From: an uncultured delta proteobacterium
Lineage (GTDB): Bacteria > Desulfobacterota > Syntrophorhabdia > Syntrophorhabdales > WCHB1-27
Assembly (NCBI GenBank): GCA_963810935.1
Contig: CAWEPK010000008.1
Location: 448,001 to 512,000 of the forward strand
Length of the DNA: 64,000 bases
Direction of reading: 5' to 3'
Position 1 is the first letter of the stretch, and each line of letters starts with the position of its first letter. Positions 59,372 through 64,000 of this stretch are shown piece after piece. A program made the translations under genes and the position numbers. Under the pieces are notes generated by a model. The model did not search any database and was not told the DNA's origin. It was given only the letters and a program-made list of their open reading frames with translations.

Positions 59372-60232
59372 TCAACTACAGCCTGCTTTCTCCAATAGAT
59401 CAAGGACAAGACCTTTCGCAGCTTGCGTCTTGTAGGGGGCAGACGGTCTGTCCAGGATGCTTCTCACCACGGCCGCCGACGCGGCTTCGGCTATAGCCAG
59501 CCATTGATCGCGGACCGGTCCCTCTGCCTCAATAAGGCGTTCCGCCTCCGGGACCCGGAGAGGCGCCGCTGCAACGGCACCGAGTACGAGCCTGGCCTCG
59601 GTCCGGCCCTCGCGGTTTAGTGTGACGACAAGGGCGGCGCTGATGCGGGCAATGGCGAGTGCGTTCCGCCTGCCCAGCTTTGCAAATGCCGCCATTAATA
59701 TCTTGTCCTTCTTCGGTACGCATATTTCGGTTACAATCTCGCCGGAACCAAGGGAAGCGGGCCGGTTTTCGAGGAACCCGGCAACAGACAGCTCTCTCCG
59801 CCCCCTCGCGCTTTCCAATACCAGGATGGCGTCGTGGGCGACGAGGGCAGGCAATGAGTCACCCGCGGCGGACGCCGTTACGATGTTCCCGCCGATGGTG
59901 GCCGTCGACCTTATCTGCGGGGAACCGACCTCGGAGGCCGCCTGAGCCAGGGCGGGAGCATAACGCAGGACCGCATCGGCGTCCTCAAACTCCGCAAAGG
60001 GGAGGGCGGCGCCGAGCCGCAGACGGCTGCCGTTAGCGTCAAACACGTGTAGCTCGGCAATCCTCGATATATCGATGATTGCAGCAGGGTTTTTCTGCCC
60101 CCTCTTCATCTCGACGACGAGGTCAGTGCCACCGGCCAGAAGTGCCCCGCGGTCCGCCCATCGGGCGGCCAGCTCCATGGCGGCCTCAAGCGTTTCGGGC
60201 CGGTAATATTCGAGGTCTCCGTACATCGACAC
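59372..60232 (-). CDS. FAD-binding subunit of a xanthine dehydrogenase-family Mo enzyme (CoxM/NdhF-like)
   Basis: YYRPETLEAA, LAGGTDL, VGSPQIRSTATIGGNI, KLGRRNALAI. Confidence 0.92.
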   Translation of the reverse strand: MSMYGDLEYYRPETLEAAMELAARWADRGALLAGGTDLVVEMKRGQKNPAAIIDISRIAELHVFDANGSRLRLGAALPFAEFEDADAVLRYAPALAQAASEVGSPQIRSTATIGGNIVTASAAGDSLPALVAHDAILVLESARGRRELSVAGFLENRPASLGSGEIVTEICVPKKDKILMAAFAKLGRRNALAIARISAALVVTLNREGRTEARLVLGAVAAAPLRVPEAERLIEAEGPVRDQWLAIAEAASAAVVRSILDRPSAPYKTQAAKGLVLDLLEKAGCS

Positions 60233-60250
60233 CCTTAACCCCTTATCTTT

Positions 60251-61642
60251 TTAGCCAAAATACTTCTTTACGTCCACGGCCTTCACGAACTCCTCAGGCG
60301 GCTGAGCTTTGACGGAGTAAGGCCTGTCCAGGGGTCGCGTCGCGTCGATGATCATACCTGCGCCGCGTATCTCGTGCTCCAGGGACGGGTCGAGCACCTG
60401 CCCCTGCATCCCCTTCAATATGTTGACGTCTCTATCGGCCTGCACCCGGGTCGCCACGGCCCAGCCGACCTGCCTAAGGTTACCGGGGTCGATGTCGTCA
60501 TCAACCACGGTAATGTGCTTCAGAAAATTGCTCTGGGCAAAGGCATTCATAGCGGCCCTTACGGGTTCTCCTTCGGATTTTTTCTGCATGGCGATCACCA
60601 TGCTCAAGGGGCTGCCCGCGTCGACCCAGCTTATGTCCTTGATATTAGGCATCGTGGTCTTCAGGTTGGCGAAGATATCCGCCTGGATGGAAAAGTGGGC
60701 GTTCAGGTTGTCCATGTGGGCTCCGAACACGCCTATCATGATGCCGTCTCTGCGCGCGGTGATCGCCTTTACCTCAAGGAGCCATGAAAGTCGCTGCGGG
60801 CCCTCGTATCCCGTGAACTCCCCGAAGGGTCCCTCGATGGTCCGCTTGTCCGCCACAATCTCGCCCTCCAGGACTATCTCCGCATCCGCCGGCAGGAGCA
60901 GCTCGTCTCCCAACGTCTCCGACCCGACAACGCGCACTCCTTCACCCATGACGCCACCGGCTGTGCGGTACTCGTCCTGGTCCATCTTGGTCAGGCCGGC
61001 GCCGACGAGGTAGAAGGCAGGGTGGTAGCCCAGCACAAGTGCAACGGGCAGGGACCTGCCGAGCTGTTCTGCCTCCATGAAATAGCTCCAGAGATGTCGC
61101 GGCGACATCCATATGCCAATGTGCGTCTCGTCGATTACCATGCACCGATTCCACGATACGTTGTACCTGCCGGTGCTTGGATGGCGCGATATGATGATCG
61201 GAGAGAGATAGGGACCCCCGTCCATCTCGTTGACGCGGGGGACCGGCAGGCGACGTAAATCTACCTGGTTTCCCGTCAGGACGACCTCTTTAACAGGCGC
61301 CCCGGCGTTCGGGACTCTTACCGTATCGATAGGAGACGCCTGCCCCATGTTATACTGCTCCATGACGCGGCGGCGCGGAGCTTCGCTTTTCATGCCGAGG
61401 GCCACGGCGACCTTGGGAACCGTGGCGAAAGCGTTCATGACAAGCCCGAAGGGCGACTGGCCGCCCGCGAGGTCTATGGTATTCTGGAAATAGACGGTCG
61501 GGAACTTGTTCTCCCGCTCGTAATGCTCTAGCAACGCCGAACAGTCGAACTTCGACGGGTCCACCTTTTCCTTCGTCCGAAGGAACTCGCCCGGCAAATG
61601 TTGCTCCATATCCGCAATCCATGTGCGAAGGTCATTGCTCAT
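60251..61642 (-). CDS. UbiD-family (prFMN-dependent) (de)carboxylase
   Basis: DLRRLP, DGGPY, PADAEIVLEG, EGPFGEFTGY, VVDDDID, WAVATR, LDPS, IDAT. Confidence 0.93.
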   Translation of the reverse strand: MSNDLRTWIADMEQHLPGEFLRTKEKVDPSKFDCSALLEHYERENKFPTVYFQNTIDLAGGQSPFGLVMNAFATVPKVAVALGMKSEAPRRRVMEQYNMGQASPIDTVRVPNAGAPVKEVVLTGNQVDLRRLPVPRVNEMDGGPYLSPIIISRHPSTGRYNVSWNRCMVIDETHIGIWMSPRHLWSYFMEAEQLGRSLPVALVLGYHPAFYLVGAGLTKMDQDEYRTAGGVMGEGVRVVGSETLGDELLLPADAEIVLEGEIVADKRTIEGPFGEFTGYEGPQRLSWLLEVKAITARRDGIMIGVFGAHMDNLNAHFSIQADIFANLKTTMPNIKDISWVDAGSPLSMVIAMQKKSEGEPVRAAMNAFAQSNFLKHITVVDDDIDPGNLRQVGWAVATRVQADRDVNILKGMQGQVLDPSLEHEIRGAGMIIDATRPLDRPYSVKAQPPEEFVKAVDVKKYFG

Positions 61643-61650
61643 GTCCCACC

Positions 61651-61884
61651 TCAGCTCTTTTTCTTCGGTATATAGAGGATCTCAGGTATCGTCTTTTCGT
61701 TGAGCGGTTTTTTGATCCTTGTCAGAGCCGACGCCGCCGTGCCGCCCATCTGCTCCGCGTAGACGTCGTACCCGAAATACGCGTCGCATCCCGGACAATG
61801 GAGCGGCATCTTATTCTCGAAAAGGATCGTTTCCGCGTAGAAGCGTTTTTCGCAATAGGGGCACTTGATAAACAGGACTTTCAT
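61651..61884 (-). CDS. Small zinc-ribbon-like protein (2x CxxC)
   Basis: CPYC...CPGC, 77 aa; ATGA overlap with the Mo subunit gene; 8 nt from the ubiD-like gene. Confidence 0.75.
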   Translation of the reverse strand: MKVLFIKCPYCEKRFYAETILFENKMPLHCPGCDAYFGYDVYAEQMGGTAASALTRIKKPLNEKTIPEILYIPKKKS

Positions 61885-64000
61885 GGTTTACCTACCTCCT
61901 CCGTATGTGCTGAGAGCCTGGCTACTTCTTCTAGGCTGAGCGGAAGGGCCGAGCAATCGCAATCCAGGGCCCTGGAGACCGCGTTTGCCACCGCAGCGGC
62001 GGTGGGCACGAGGGCCGGCTCACCTATGCCCTTCGCCCCGAATGGGCCTTCCTTATCGGGGACTTCCATCATGACGATCTTCATTTCCGGTATGTCCATG
62101 CTCGTAGGCACTATGTACGTATCAAAATTGGGATTGGTTACCTTTCCGTGAAAGAGCCTGATTTCTTCGGACAGGGCGTAACCCATGCCCATACCGACCG
62201 CACCCTCTATCTGAGCCGTGAGAAGGGTCGGGTTGACGACCGTCCCGGCATCAAAGACGGCAACGATCTTATCGACGCTTACCTTGCCCGTATACGTGTT
62301 TACCCGCGCCCTGGCGCACTGGATTCCGTAACTGTAAAATGCGTACGGACTCCCTTGGCCGTCCTCGTCCTGGTTGACCACGGGCGGGTCGTAGAAACCG
62401 CTCGCCTCCAGTAGCGCGTCTGCCTTCGTGAAGAGGTCGGACAAGGGGATGGACAGGTCTTCTCCCTTTACCTCAGGTCCTTCCGGACCGTAGACAAGCT
62501 CCAACAACCCCTTCGCGCGGTAAAGGAGTCGCGCCTTCTCAAGAACCACGCGTTTCAGCTCGGAAGCAGCGAGTTGCACAGACTTGCCCACTATGGCCGT
62601 GAGGCGCGTCCCGGACGTAGTGCCCGAATCGGGAGTACAGCGGGTGTCTGCGGTGACGACCCGGATCGAACTTACAGGAAAATCGAGGGTCGCGGCTGCT
62701 ATCTGCGCGAGGACTGTGTTCGACCCCTGGCCGATATCGGGCGACCCGACGAATACTTCCACGATGCCCTTCTCGCTCACCCGTGCCCAAGCGACGCCGG
62801 GGTTGGGAAGACCGGTCCTTCCGTTGCCGTAGTAAAAAGCGGCCATGCCCCAGGCCTGCCGCTCGTGGTGCTTCAGCGGCCCGCCGAGACCCTCCTCAAG
62901 CACAAGCTCGCGGGCCTTCTCCAGGACAGGCCGCATGGTGACGCCTTCCAATTTCTGTCCCGTCGCAGAGAGATCCCGGTCGACGAGCGCATTCTTAAGT
63001 CGCAGCTCGAAGGGGTCCATGCCCAGGGCGTTGGCCAGCTTGTCCATTTGCCGCTCGCATGCGAATGCCACCTGTGGCTGCCCAAAGCCGCGCATGGCCC
63101 CTGCAACGGGATTGTTTGTATGGACACCCCGGACCTCAAGCGTAACGTTCGGGACACGGTACGGCCCGGCCCCGAAGATCGACATGCGGGGAAGGACAAC
63201 GCTCGTATAATCGATGTAGGCCCCGGCGTCGGCGACAAGGTCCATCCTGACTGCGGTCAAAGTGCCGTCTTTCTTTGCGGCGTGGGTATGGCGGATAACA
63301 CAGGCGTGCCGCTTGGACGTGGCCTGGAAACTCTCCTCGCGGCTGTGTTTCATCACGACCGGTCTCCCTGCCCGCGATGCCACGAGGGCCGCCATGGCGA
63401 CTTGGGCAAGGTCCGATTTTCCGCCAAAGCTGCCGCCGATGGCTGGCGCAGCCACGTTGATCCTTTCAAGGGGCCAGCCCAGGACCCTTGCGATTTCCGC
63501 ACGGTCGAGGTGGACGCTCTTCGTCGTGCTCCAGACCAGGAGTCCCCCGTTATCCGGTTCAACCAGGACGGCCTCCGGCTCTATGTAGGCATGTTCGACG
63601 GGTGCACAGCGGTATTCGCCGTAGTATAACCAATGTCGGCCTCGGCCAGGCCCTTCTCCAGGTTGCCTCGCACGACCTTCTTGTAGACGCACAGGTTGCC
63701 TTTGTCGCCTATCACCGGCGCGCCCGGCTCCAAGGCACGCTCCGGCGTTTCCACCATTTCCAGCTCTTCGTACACTACAGTGACGGCTCTTACCGCTTTT
63801 TCTGCGGCCTCCTCGGATGCGGCCGCCACGACGGCCACCGCCTCTCCCAGGAAGCGCACCTTTCCATCGGCGAGGACGCGCTGGTCCTTGGCCCCAGTCA
63901 TCCCGACACGGTTCTGGCCGGGTATATCCGCAGCGGTCAGGACAAGCTCGACTCCGGGGATAGACAGGGCCGCCCCGGTCTCTATGCTCTTTACAAGGGC
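61881..64000 (-). CDS. Molybdopterin-binding large subunit, xanthine/nicotinate dehydrogenase family; 5'-truncated by the window and frameshifted at ~63630
   Basis: Upstream frame PGVELVLTAADIPGQN...KVRFLGEAVAVVAA continues in another frame as EHAYIEPE, GGSFGGK, AMRGFGQPQ, DIGQG, QIEG, GAKGIGE. Confidence 0.9.
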   Translation of the reverse strand, partial: PCKEHRDRGGPVYPRSRACPDRCGYTRPEPCRDDWGQGPARPRRWKGALPGRGGGRRGGRIRGGRRKSGKSRHCSVRRAGNGGNAGACLGAGRAGDRRQRQPVRLQEGRARQPGEGPGRGRHWLYYGEYRCAPVEHAYIEPEAVLVEPDNGGLLVWSTTKSVHLDRAEIARVLGWPLERINVAAPAIGGSFGGKSDLAQVAMAALVASRAGRPVVMKHSREESFQATSKRHACVIRHTHAAKKDGTLTAVRMDLVADAGAYIDYTSVVLPRMSIFGAGPYRVPNVTLEVRGVHTNNPVAGAMRGFGQPQVAFACERQMDKLANALGMDPFELRLKNALVDRDLSATGQKLEGVTMRPVLEKARELVLEEGLGGPLKHHERQAWGMAAFYYGNGRTGLPNPGVAWARVSEKGIVEVFVGSPDIGQGSNTVLAQIAAATLDFPVSSIRVVTADTRCTPDSGTTSGTRLTAIVGKSVQLAASELKRVVLEKARLLYRAKGLLELVYGPEGPEVKGEDLSIPLSDLFTKADALLEASGFYDPPVVNQDEDGQGSPYAFYSYGIQCARARVNTYTGKVSVDKIVAVFDAGTVVNPTLLTAQIEGAVGMGMGYALSEEIRLFHGKVTNPNFDTYIVPTSMDIPEMKIVMMEVPDKEGPFGAKGIGEPALVPTAAAVANAVSRALDCDCSALPLSLEEVARLSAHTEEVGKP

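Noticed and set aside
59372..64000. 4-hydroxybenzoyl-CoA reductase or aerobic CO dehydrogenase
   Set aside because: The FAD subunit lacks the 4Fe-4S insertion, and the Mo subunit has AMRGFG rather than AYxCSFR.

Overview
A 64 kb chromosomal segment from a GC-rich (~60% by eye) Gram-negative anaerobe; the gene content suggests Desulfobacterota, possibly Syntrophorhabdus-like, but this is inference. The housekeeping backbone includes carAB, mnmG, dtd, an EF-G paralogue, an ABC-F ATPase, an FKBP and tRNA-Ser(GGA). It is interleaved with two type II toxin-antitoxin pairs, a selenocysteine formate dehydrogenase (in-frame TGA plus SECIS) with fdhD, two PEP-CTERM/VPLPA-CTERM-like proteins and a ~19 kb surface-polysaccharide locus with an AT-richer core. 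The best candidates for undescribed biology are: (1) a family of ~120-nt irregular hairpins with conserved ends and centre, present four times, two copies of exactly 121 nt bracketing an AT-rich two-gene island in inverted orientation; (2) a Spinster-family MFS gene in the position LplT normally takes next to aas; (3) a GDP-mannose 3,5-epimerase plus RGP/MtdL-like mutase pair implying a rare L-furanose sugar in the surface glycan; (4) a sigma54-type operon with an Lpp/OprI-like lipoprotein and both a putative attaching and a putative detaching YkuD enzyme; (5) a nicotinate-dehydrogenase-like Mo enzyme operon with a UbiD decarboxylase embedded in it. Several single-base frameshifts suggest consensus sequencing errors. 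All family assignments come from motif recognition by eye; no searches were run.
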